A stretch of DNA of 64,000 nucleotides from Auanema rhodensis (lineage: Eukaryota > Animalia > Nematoda). Of this stretch, positions 1 to 9,002 are shown piece by piece. Position numbers and translations under genes: made by a program. The notes below the pieces were generated by a model that searched no databases, was not told where the DNA came from, and worked only from the letters and a program-made list of their open reading frames with translations. Position 1 is the stretch's first letter, and each line of letters starts with the position of its first letter. The stretch lies in contig OZ059898.1 in assembly GCA_964057225.1 (NCBI GenBank), forward strand, positions 14,074,001 through 14,138,000, in the 5' to 3' direction.

Positions 1-1
1 A

Positions 2-3000
2 AACCTACTCTGTGAAAGCCTCAAAGGCAATTCACAAATAGCAATCAGAGGAATAGAACCCTCTGCTCAAAATTATGAGCTCATGCGTGAAGCATTAGTT
101 TCTGAATTTGGAGACTATTCGTCGGATATCAACTCTCTTTTAACACAACTACGTAATTTGAGATTTGCAAGCAATAATGCAAAAGCATGCAAAGAAACAT
201 TTGGAGAAACCAAGGCACTTATCAGGCAAATTGAAGCAGCCGGAGCTACAGTATCCCGCGAAATGTGTACCGCGATGATTCTCAACAAATTCCCATACCA
301 CATCGTGGAAGACATTCTAATTCATCCAAACAACTACCATTCTACTAAAGAAATGCTGGCAGCTGTAGACCATAAAATCTATTCGTTTATTCTAAAAGAA
401 CAAACAAGAAATAGTCATGAACAAAAGTTTCGAAATCACAAAGACAATGTCACATCTGTTTCACATAAAGACAGCACTGCAGAACAACGGAAAACCCAAA
501 CTTGGCCATGTGTCTTTTGCGACTCATCCGAGCATCGTTTTTATCAATGCACCACATTTGAAACACCAGAGAAAAGAAGGTACCGCATTCGCGGAAAGGC
601 CATCTGTTGGATTTGCTTTTCCGATAAACACAAAAGTTCGGAATGCAGAAAACAAAAATGTCGCAATTGCCAAGGAGATCATAATTCCGCCTTGTGCTCA
701 CAAGGAAGAAAAAGTGTACAAAATATCCAAAAAGATAAAGAAACTCCCACAATTAAAAAAGATCAGGCTTTACTGATCACCACAGAAGAATTATTGAATA
801 AAAAAACAACAGAATATAAACAAGACTCTGACACTAATAATCGAATCCCTACTGAGGCACTTAATGCACCAGTATCGCTTAATCACATTGCCGACACCCA
901 TAATATTGAAGAAAGTCAAGTAATATTACGAACAGCAATGGCAAACATATACAACCACAATAGTAAAAAATATGAGCAAGTACGCATGCTCATAGATGAA
1001 GGATCCATGAGATCTTTTATATCCAAGGACTTATCCACTAAGTTAGGATTGCCCATCCTTGGTTCTCAAAAGAAAACCTTTTACGGTATCGGAGCATTGT
1101 CCGAAACGCACGAAGTTCAGGACGTAAAGGTAATTATTGGAACCTCAAGTGGATCCCTTATCGTAACAAAACTATTCACCAAACCCATGTTAACCACACC
1201 CATACGTTGTCCAAAACTATCTAAAGAAGACTTGAAATTTATAAAGACAAGAAAAATAAAATTAGCCAATCCACAAACAAACGGAGAATCATTTACTCCG
1301 GATATACTGATAGGTATGGATAGATACAAACTGTTCATGCATTTAAACGAAGAAACCGAACTCCCCTCACGTATGAGATTGAAAAATTCGGTATTCGGCC
1401 ACATGATACATGGAGAAGCTCCTCTTCCCGATGATAATACACAACAAGAAGTAATATTATGCTCTACAGTAGAAGAAATAACAAAAGAAACCTCTCATAA
1501 AGAACTCCTCACTAATCTGTTTGAACTGGATTCTATCGGCATCAATACAGAAAATGCCAACGCAGACCGCACTATTGATTACTATGAAGAATACTCAAAA
1601 GATATAAAAATTGAGAACAACCGTATTATTGCACCGTTCCCGTTAAAAAATAACTTCAAAAATCTTAAAAACAACAAAATGCCCGCGTACCATAGATTCG
1701 TATCCCTATGGCGAAAGTTACTGCACAATCCAGAAATGCTCTCACACTATACTACAACCATTGAAAGTTACCTCAAAGATAACATTGTCGAACAAATTCC
1801 CAACAATCACCAGGAGCCTTTAGAGTTTTATATGCCCCACCATGGGGTTTGGAAGCCCAGCAAGGCTAACCCTCTCAGAATCGTTTTTGACGCCTCCGCT
1901 AAACAGAAAGACAGCCCGTCGTTGAATGAGATAATACACACAGGACGATCATTTATCACATATATACACGACATCATGATCTCCTGCAGAACAAGACCAA
2001 TATTAATAACATGCGATATCAAAGCCGCATTTTTACAAATACAACTGACAGAGAATCACAAAAATCTATGCAAATTCTTTTGGATAAAAAACAAAGAATA
2101 CCCAATATCTCACAACAATATCATAACCCTTCGATTCAACAGATTACCGTTCGGTATCACTGCATCCCCCAGCGTATTGAACATGGGCATAAAATGGTTC
2201 TTAGAATCAAAAGTAGACAACCCATTAGCTATGGAAATACTGAACAACTTATACGTTGACAATATCATTCTTACAGCAAATACAACAGCAGAAGCTATAA
2301 AGAAATGTAAAGAAACCCAAAAACTATTCACAGAAATAAACATGCATGTTCGCGAATTCTTGTCAAACGACGAACAAGTAATACAGAACCTTCCTGAAGA
2401 AGACAGATATCCGAACATGACAACCAAAATACTTGGCATATCTTTTAATAAAGAACACGACTCCTTCATTATCCCAATAAAAATAACAACGACTCACACA
2501 AGTTACACCAAGAGAATTCTACTCAGTCAGCTACACTCAATATTTGATCCCATTGGATTAGCAGCACCATTACTGTTACCTCTCAAACTTATCTTGCGAG
2601 AAATCATAAACACAAAATTATCATGGGACCAACCCATTGAATCAGATAATATCAAACAATGGGAACAACATATTAATCACATTAACAATCAGCAATTGAC
2701 CATGAGAAGATATTTTAAATTCTCTGAACATACAACACAGTTATGGGTCTTTGCTGACGCAAGCAACCAAGCCATGGCCGCATGTTCATATTTCCAAACA
2801 AACGAGCAGATTAGTTCTCTGCTCAACGGTAAATCCCGCATAGCACCCAAAAATAAGACCACAATTCCTCGATTAGAATTATTAGCCATCCGCTTAGCAG
2901 TACGAATGGCATTAGCTATTGTAACCATATGCCCGAAAGTGGCAAAAGTCAACATTGTAAGCGATAGCAACATCGCGCTATCATGGATTATTTCTCTAAA

Positions 3001-6000
3001 ATCCCTCCCACTGTTCATTAAAAATCAAACAAACATTATAAATAAACAGCTACACCAAATCAAACAAGTATGCTGCAATGTAGAATTACATCATGTACAA
3101 ACCTCGTACAATACTGCAGACATCGGATCCCGAGGTGCAGACATCGAGAAACTACAAGATTCCGACTGGATAAAGGGTCCACATTGGTTAACTAAACTTT
3201 CCGCTCGTAACCCTCTGACATCATTCGGCTCGCCTAAGAACTCTAACAGGAATAACGCAGAATCAGAATCGGAGCATCACAATGTGGTCCACATAATTAT
3301 AGACAATCTTCCAACCGATGATATTTGGAACATTCGTGAAAACTATGATGATGTGATCAAAACAATGACAACCGTAGGAAAATTATTCAAAAAATGGTTT
3401 CTTAAAGTCCATCCTAACAACGCCAACAAGTTGCAAAAAACAAAACATCTCACATCAACAGACACGCACACTGTTGAAGACATCAACATTATTGAAAAAA
3501 TTTTGATCAGTAACAGTCAATCTAATATGAGCCTTGATGACTTACAGCAAAGACATGTAAATCTAAAATTCTTCAAAGATACATGGGATATTTATCGCGT
3601 AAGAAGCCGTTTACAAAATACTCTTCTTCCCGAAGAGACGAAAAACCCTATATTCCTTCTTAAAACAAACCCCATAGTTAAAAAACTGATCAACAAAATA
3701 CACAAAGACAATAATCATCAAGGCAAACATTTCACGCTTATTCAATTGAGACAAAAATTCTACATACCAAAAATAACCGGAGTCATCAGACAAACATTGA
3801 AAAACTGTGTGACATGTAAAAGATTTCAATCACACCCTTATGAATTACCAGATATGCCATCGCTACCAAAAGATAGAGCGATTCTTACAAGAGCATTCTT
3901 TTCAACAGGGTGTGATCTTATGGGCCCCTTCACCCTTCGAAATGGGTCTAAAGTCCATATTTGTCTGTTTACATGCATGACAACTAGAGCAATTCACTTA
4001 GAGGTAGTCACCAATCAATCCACAGTTGCCTTTATGAATGCATTTAATAGATTTATATCACGCAGAGGTACTCCAGAAATTATGCGCAGTGACTGCGCAG
4101 GAAACTTTATTCTGAGCTCAAAAATATTAGAAACCCTTGAAAAAACCTCGGATTACAACGAAAGAAGCTTACTAAACACACTAGCACAGCAAAAAATTAA
4201 ATGGATATACAACACTCCATTATCACCCTGGAAAGGTGGATGTTGGGAACGTTTAGTAGGTGTAACCAAAGCTTCACTCAAAAAATGTTTCATTCCTAGT
4301 CGAATGTCCCTGGATGACTTACACACAGCCATTGTAAAAATAGAAGCTATAATTAATACACGCCCACTCACCCATCCACACCCAGATAATTTAGATACTC
4401 TACCCATAAGGCCAATTGACTTTTTAACATCAGCCATAAAGTTTTCATTACCTGAAAACAACGCGGATACTCATATATTTGATATCCATAGCGATATTCA
4501 AACGATTCAATCAACAGAGCAAGCGCTAGAAGCGCTTCAATTATCAGAAGACTCAGCATCTAAATTTTGGAAACGATTTCAAGAAGAATATCTAACAAGC
4601 TTAAAAGATATATTTAAGCATAAACACCATAGAAAAAATCACACAAACATCTTCCCCCAACCAGATGAAATAGTATTGATACAAAACGACATGTTGCCAC
4701 GAGGAACATGGAAACTAGGTCGCATCATTGAAACAATCACTAGTTCAGATGGCAACATACGTTCAGCAAAAGTCGCAACAAGCAATGGAAACATAATTAT
4801 TCGATCCATTAATCAGCTCTATCCACTAGAGATAAGATGCAACACTAACAGTAACAAAATCATAGAAGACAACTCACACATAGTTCAAGAAAATAATAGC
4901 TCAACAGATAGAACCCCACATACTGATATTGTATTAGACAATATACTTTTCGATCATCCTATAGAACATACAGATCAAACAATACATGAGAATAATAACA
5001 TAAATGATGTTAGCCATAATTACGATATTGCATATGAATCAGATAACTCGCAACATGATAATACATACACTCCAGAAACAGAGAATAATGAGGATGCCAC
5101 AAATGATCGACCTCAAAATAAGACAAAACAATCAGCAGTAAAAACAGCAAAATATACAGAACAAGATGATGTCACTGAGAAGGAAATTATAAAAGCCTTC
5201 CCACTAAAAATGTCCTATGCTACACACCAAAGAAAAAATAAAATAAACCCAAAAGTAGCAGCTGACATAATGAAAGCGCTTTCCTTACCGATTATAATAA
5301 CTTCGACATATGCCGAAGAAATCAATAGTTGCAAGGACTCTAACATGTTCACCACAAAACTTATAGCGAATCCTCATTGCTCCCCAGAAATGGCAACATG
5401 GACAGTGATAATAACCATTATGGCCGTTACCCTCATAGTCTCTTGTCTATGCCGCATGGGTTACAGCCAATATAGATATAAGACATGGTCCATAAACACT
5501 CAAACCATGCTCAACATCATGAAATTAAAACATAAAACAATCTCCGAACAAGAAGATCATGAAACTGATCAAAAAATAACAGAAGACCACAATGATACGT
5601 TGCAATTAAAACAAACGAACACACAAGACGCTAATATTGTGGATCATGAAACCTTTCAAAAGCATATTTACCCTATTTTAAACCATACGAGAAAGCCACC
5701 AAAATTCTCTCTCTTTACTAGAGGGTCGCAAACATCTTTACCATCGTTACTGGCAATCATCTTGGCTTTATGTATTGGAAGCTGCAGTTCATGTTCCGAT
5801 GTTCACGTTCAACACTTCGTTAACATACGATGCGATGACAACTTAGCTTGTTATCACGAATACAGTCAAGATATCATATTTTCTCCCGGAACAAAACAAT
5901 TATGCATTACCATAACGCATTCTAATCATGAAATTGGTCAATTTAAAATAACTAAACTATATACTGAACATGTCTGCCAGAAGAATACTAGATACTTCAC

Positions 6001-7282
6001 TAGACAGACAACCGTCAACATATTGAACATATTACGATGCCGTCACCGGGGCTCGTGTGACGGAACATGTGAAACTAACTCGCTTCATAATAAAATCGAG
6101 GAACTACAACCATATACGTTCCCTTCACAATCAGGTTGCTTCACATCGTCAGCGAGATTTTACACATGTCCTATGATTTGGACAGATCCGTGCCTTTTCT
6201 ACAAAATAGAGCATATACCCGTCACTGAGGAAGTATACGAAGTCTATACTTGTGATAGTTGGTCCACCCAAACCGTATTTAATATAGAAACAACATTACT
6301 CCAGCAGAAAAATAATTACAATATCACTCTACAACCTTACACGAAAAATCGTGAACAACTTTTCAATATAACAACGTTATCACAATCACAACCTCCTCCA
6401 GAAATGTACACAAAATTATTTTTTTCCTCCAAAGAAAACACGTACATTACGGATATACACACAAAGGGAATAATTCAATGTGCAACAGAGGAAGCCGCAT
6501 TAAAACATTTTAATAACTGTACAGTATCCTCATTCTGCCCTTGCACATTCAATAGATTTGATGAAATAAAATGTAGGTGTGATACCCCTACTTTTGAAAA
6601 AATGTCCAATACATCAGACATAACATCTCCTAACCAAAACTTTAAAACTAAAGATAACACGTTATCATTCTCTACAAATTTAGACGAAAATTTAGTTACG
6701 GTCGATTCATCCCTATTCTTAAACTCAGTGATTTTCTCCAACAATTTGCCTTGCGCACCTGCCCTGACAAAACTATCAGGTTGCTACTCCTGCGGGCAGG
6801 GTGCATTCGCAGAATTCCAATGCCTTACGGCAGAAGAAACATGGATTTCTATCGAATGTCAAAAAGAAGTTTTCATGATAAAATGCTCTCCAAAAGTAGC
6901 AATCACAAAAGTAACAATGAAAAGAGAAAATTCTCAGATTGATGAATTATGCTATACCACATGCGACAATAAAAAAATTAAGATCATTATTAAAGGAATA
7001 TTACATCACATAGCAAGCATAGATGAAATAAACGAAAGTGACTCAAGTAAGGGTACAGAATCCAAATCCATTGACTTTGCCCCAATCTTCAAGTTAATTT
7101 TATCAAAGTTGGGAATCATATTGATAGGCGTTGCAATAACCGCCACCATAGGATATGTGGCATGTACACCCATCATGTACTGTGTAGTTTTGAATACAGT
7201 CTTAACCACAAAATGGATAGCTACCAGGATATTCACACTGTGGATAAAATCAAAAGCCTTATTTCTGGATCAAAGATTTTAA
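2..7282 (+). CDS. BEL/Pao Gag-Pol-Env polyprotein (5'-partial)
   Basis: The frame is open from base 2 (NLLCESLKGNSQIAIRG...), so ATG 83 is not the true start. Zinc knuckles CVFCDSSEHRFYQC, CWICFSDKHKSSEC, CRNCQGDHNSALC; protease LIDEGSMRSFI; RT LRIVFDAS...DIKAAFLQI...LPFG...YVDN; RNase H FADAS...NTADIGSRG; integrase HHCC plus GCDLMGP / SDCAGNF / GGCWERLV. No stop or frameshift over about 2400 aa. Confidence 0.95.
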   Translation, partial: NLLCESLKGNSQIAIRGIEPSAQNYELMREALVSEFGDYSSDINSLLTQLRNLRFASNNAKACKETFGETKALIRQIEAAGATVSREMCTAMILNKFPYHIVEDILIHPNNYHSTKEMLAAVDHKIYSFILKEQTRNSHEQKFRNHKDNVTSVSHKDSTAEQRKTQTWPCVFCDSSEHRFYQCTTFETPEKRRYRIRGKAICWICFSDKHKSSECRKQKCRNCQGDHNSALCSQGRKSVQNIQKDKETPTIKKDQALLITTEELLNKKTTEYKQDSDTNNRIPTEALNAPVSLNHIADTHNIEESQVILRTAMANIYNHNSKKYEQVRMLIDEGSMRSFISKDLSTKLGLPILGSQKKTFYGIGALSETHEVQDVKVIIGTSSGSLIVTKLFTKPMLTTPIRCPKLSKEDLKFIKTRKIKLANPQTNGESFTPDILIGMDRYKLFMHLNEETELPSRMRLKNSVFGHMIHGEAPLPDDNTQQEVILCSTVEEITKETSHKELLTNLFELDSIGINTENANADRTIDYYEEYSKDIKIENNRIIAPFPLKNNFKNLKNNKMPAYHRFVSLWRKLLHNPEMLSHYTTTIESYLKDNIVEQIPNNHQEPLEFYMPHHGVWKPSKANPLRIVFDASAKQKDSPSLNEIIHTGRSFITYIHDIMISCRTRPILITCDIKAAFLQIQLTENHKNLCKFFWIKNKEYPISHNNIITLRFNRLPFGITASPSVLNMGIKWFLESKVDNPLAMEILNNLYVDNIILTANTTAEAIKKCKETQKLFTEINMHVREFLSNDEQVIQNLPEEDRYPNMTTKILGISFNKEHDSFIIPIKITTTHTSYTKRILLSQLHSIFDPIGLAAPLLLPLKLILREIINTKLSWDQPIESDNIKQWEQHINHINNQQLTMRRYFKFSEHTTQLWVFADASNQAMAACSYFQTNEQISSLLNGKSRIAPKNKTTIPRLELLAIRLAVRMALAIVTICPKVAKVNIVSDSNIALSWIISLKSLPLFIKNQTNIINKQLHQIKQVCCNVELHHVQTSYNTADIGSRGADIEKLQDSDWIKGPHWLTKLSARNPLTSFGSPKNSNRNNAESESEHHNVVHIIIDNLPTDDIWNIRENYDDVIKTMTTVGKLFKKWFLKVHPNNANKLQKTKHLTSTDTHTVEDINIIEKILISNSQSNMSLDDLQQRHVNLKFFKDTWDIYRVRSRLQNTLLPEETKNPIFLLKTNPIVKKLINKIHKDNNHQGKHFTLIQLRQKFYIPKITGVIRQTLKNCVTCKRFQSHPYELPDMPSLPKDRAILTRAFFSTGCDLMGPFTLRNGSKVHICLFTCMTTRAIHLEVVTNQSTVAFMNAFNRFISRRGTPEIMRSDCAGNFILSSKILETLEKTSDYNERSLLNTLAQQKIKWIYNTPLSPWKGGCWERLVGVTKASLKKCFIPSRMSLDDLHTAIVKIEAIINTRPLTHPHPDNLDTLPIRPIDFLTSAIKFSLPENNADTHIFDIHSDIQTIQSTEQALEALQLSEDSASKFWKRFQEEYLTSLKDIFKHKHHRKNHTNIFPQPDEIVLIQNDMLPRGTWKLGRIIETITSSDGNIRSAKVATSNGNIIIRSINQLYPLEIRCNTNSNKIIEDNSHIVQENNSSTDRTPHTDIVLDNILFDHPIEHTDQTIHENNNINDVSHNYDIAYESDNSQHDNTYTPETENNEDATNDRPQNKTKQSAVKTAKYTEQDDVTEKEIIKAFPLKMSYATHQRKNKINPKVAADIMKALSLPIIITSTYAEEINSCKDSNMFTTKLIANPHCSPEMATWTVIITIMAVTLIVSCLCRMGYSQYRYKTWSINTQTMLNIMKLKHKTISEQEDHETDQKITEDHNDTLQLKQTNTQDANIVDHETFQKHIYPILNHTRKPPKFSLFTRGSQTSLPSLLAIILALCIGSCSSCSDVHVQHFVNIRCDDNLACYHEYSQDIIFSPGTKQLCITITHSNHEIGQFKITKLYTEHVCQKNTRYFTRQTTVNILNILRCRHRGSCDGTCETNSLHNKIEELQPYTFPSQSGCFTSSARFYTCPMIWTDPCLFYKIEHIPVTEEVYEVYTCDSWSTQTVFNIETTLLQQKNNYNITLQPYTKNREQLFNITTLSQSQPPPEMYTKLFFSSKENTYITDIHTKGIIQCATEEAALKHFNNCTVSSFCPCTFNRFDEIKCRCDTPTFEKMSNTSDITSPNQNFKTKDNTLSFSTNLDENLVTVDSSLFLNSVIFSNNLPCAPALTKLSGCYSCGQGAFAEFQCLTAEETWISIECQKEVFMIKCSPKVAITKVTMKRENSQIDELCYTTCDNKKIKIIIKGILHHIASIDEINESDSSKGTESKSIDFAPIFKLILSKLGIILIGVAITATIGYVACTPIMYCVVLNTVLTTKWIATRIFTLWIKSKALFLDQRF
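5792..7282 (+). other. env: Phlebovirus Gc (G2)-like class II fusion glycoprotein domain of the polyprotein
   Basis: Hydrophobic signal SLLAIILALCIGSCSS precedes CSDVH. Cys pattern CRHRGSCDGTC, PCLFY, CPC...CRC and GCYSCGQGA, then a C-terminal TM (LGIILIGVAITATIGYV). Matches the phlebovirus-like env known from nematode BEL/Pao elements; recognised by motif only. Confidence 0.8.
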
Positions 7283-7578
7283 AAGCATAAGAGAAGAATT
7301 TCTTGTGGAGATAAAATTTAAAATTAAAAATTGAAATAATAATGAAACAAAAGAAAAAGAAAGCATTATGTACGAATATAACCATTGTAATAAAACAATA
7401 TCATAGTTTTTCTTTCTTTTCAATTTATGGTAGTATCAAGTTTCTTTTATCCAACTCAGTTACATAACACATAACCTTTTGTACAGGCTCTAAAATTCAT
7501 TGTATCTGTAACAAGATAACCTAAACACACCATTGTACAATGAACTAATAGATGATAATCAGCGTTTAAAGTCCAGAT

Positions 7579-8091
7579 GTGAACATGTATATAAGGATGC
7601 AGCTCATGTCTTTCCTATATTCCATGAAAATGGAAGATATTGTCTCGAATATAATTGAGAATGCTTCCTTTGAGGAAGAGCTCAAAAAATATTCCCATCT
7701 ACCTAACACTGCTGCCAATCTGAGGCAACTAATTGTGCTTGAAAAGAGGCTCTACGAGCACCTAGCTAGCGCGGTGAACCATCTATCCGAACGACTGGAC
7801 AATATTCAACATTCGTTAAATCTGAAACTAGACAATTTGACCATTCAGACTGCTCCTAAAGCTTCATGTGTATTCTGCAATAAACCGACAGCTGATGGGC
7901 ACCGTACTGCGGCCTGTCCGATTTATCCTTCCTCACCGGAACGCACTCTCCGTCTTCATGAACTGGGGTTATGCATCAGATGTTTGAATCAAAAACATCC
8001 AGCGATATGCGAGGTATCCTGCTATAGATGTAAGGCGGATACGCATCATGGAGTGGTTTGTGGAGATATAAAACGTAAAAGACCTTTGTAG
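7579..8091 (+). CDS. Accessory ORF of the BEL/Pao element: coiled coil plus triple CCHC zinc knuckle
   Basis: 170 aa; the start is uncertain (GTG 7579, ATG 7585 or later). Heptad-like LRQLIVLEKRLYEHL...LSERLDNIQHSLNLKLDNL, then CVFCNKPTADGHRTAAC, CIRCLNQKHPAIC, CYRCKADTHHGVVC. Lies between env and the PPT. Confidence 0.75.
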   Translation: MNMYIRMQLMSFLYSMKMEDIVSNIIENASFEEELKKYSHLPNTAANLRQLIVLEKRLYEHLASAVNHLSERLDNIQHSLNLKLDNLTIQTAPKASCVFCNKPTADGHRTAACPIYPSSPERTLRLHELGLCIRCLNQKHPAICEVSCYRCKADTHHGVVCGDIKRKRPL

Positions 8092-8121
8092 GCCTTCTTC
8101 TCATTCCCGCATTGCCGGGAG

Positions 8122-8185
8122 TGTCGCGATAAGCGAGTGAGTTTGTATAATTTTTTTATCTTCAACAATTGTTTTATTCGTTTCT

Positions 8186-8238
<53 letters not shown>

Positions 8239-8486
8239 TTCTTCTTTCTTCTAACTTCCTAAGTAATTTTTATCCATACCACATGTTGTGTTATACATGT
8301 GGCATGACTAACTCTTTGTTTCAGGCTGACGACCGCCCACGAGAAGAGATCAGTCTTACATTTTCAACGTTCGCAGTCAGTGATTTTATTCCGTGCTTGT
8401 CTTGTTAATTCATCAATAAACCCTTTTTTACATATTCGCTTTGTGTTTTACTTCCAACCATACTATACACTTGTGGTATAACGCCA
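8122..8486 (+). repeat. 3' LTR of the BEL/Pao element
   Basis: Starts TGTCGCG right after PPT-like GCCGGGAG. AATAAA at 8415-8420. Ends at a CA (8486, alternatively 8469) before array sequence resumes. The 5' LTR is not available for confirmation. Confidence 0.7.
8189..8235. repeat. (TC)n microsatellite inside the BEL LTR
   Basis: About 23 perfect TC units. Confidence 0.95.
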
Positions 8487-8530
8487 TAGAATGAAAAGCA
8501 GAAACATATTTTTTTCAAACGTTTCACATC

Positions 8531-8870
8531 CGTTCCATTCGGACTCCCCATATATGTAGCTGAAGGGTTAGAGCCAGACGACCAGAGGACCGAGGAATGG
8601 CTCCGCCTTCCCTCGTTCCCTTGGTCGGGAGTTCGCCTCTTAGCAAGCTCATGGACGGCTTGTAGTTTAGTCTTTATACTTATATTTATCTTATTGTATT
8701 GTATCTTTATCTTTGTATATTATTGTTGTAGTTTCATGCCAATAAATCTTTCTCTCTTTTATCTTATGATTGACCTTATGCTCTTTATTCCTTACCGCTA
8801 CACCAAGGAATACTATGCGCGTCATAGTATAAACTACAATGGTTTATATTATCGACGCAGGAGCATAACG
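8531..8870 (+). mobile_element. Gypsy family 1 solo LTR (340 bp, last 5 nt lost)
   Basis: Near-identical to LTR 13423-13767 and flanked by array spacer on both sides. Confidence 0.92.
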
Positions 8871-8913
8871 TTCCACATCGAAAATTCAAAAATGGACAAG
8901 CTCAAGTATTCTT

Positions 8914-8926
8914 AAAAAATGAAAAA
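8914..8926 (-). terminator. Pol III terminator (T5 then T6), present in essentially every unit
   Basis: The minus strand reads TACA-TTTTT-CA-TTTTTT immediately after the tRNA 3' end. Confidence 0.85.
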
Positions 8927-8930
8927 TGTA

Positions 8931-9002
8931 TGCGTTCGGGGGGAATCGAACCCCCGTCGAATGCTTGGAAGGCATCCATGCTGACCATTACACCACGAAC
9001 GC
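8931..9002 (-). tRNA. tRNA-Gly(TCC), first array copy (representative)
   Basis: Minus strand reads GCGTTCGTGGTGTAATGGTCAGCATGGATGCCTTCCAAGCATTCGACGGGGGTTCGATTCCCCCCGAACGCA. 7-bp acceptor stem, anticodon arm GATGC-CT TCC AA-GCATT, B box GGTTCGATTCC, no encoded CCA (eukaryotic). Confidence 0.97.

Larger units (their letters stand above)
1..8486 (+). mobile_element. BEL/Pao (Belpaoviridae) LTR retroelement with env; 5' end lies outside the window
   Basis: One long ORF with domain order Gag(3xCCHC)-PR-RT-RH-IN-env. RT has YVDN and RNase H has FADAS/TIPRLELLA, both Pao-type. A PPT-like TTGCCGGGAG is followed by TGTCGCG (LTR start, 8122). The right boundary is inferred from where array spacer sequence resumes (~8488). 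Confidence 0.93.

Noticed and set aside
115-7236. Small antisense or overlapping ORFs within the retroelement polyproteins
   Set aside because: Shadow ORFs of long coding frames, with no motifs.
8518-8879. 13-bp target-site duplication around the solo LTRs (AACGTTTCACATC / AACGTTCCACATC)
   Set aside because: The two sides are different spacer variants and the LTR tip is missing, so a microhomology deletion between units explains it better.
8694-8915. Hydrophobic ORFs MYCIFIFVYY... and MDFNSVNAIV... (also 13586, 16708, 20694, 52640)
   Set aside because: They lie in T-rich LTR sequence, have non-ATG starts and read across junctions.
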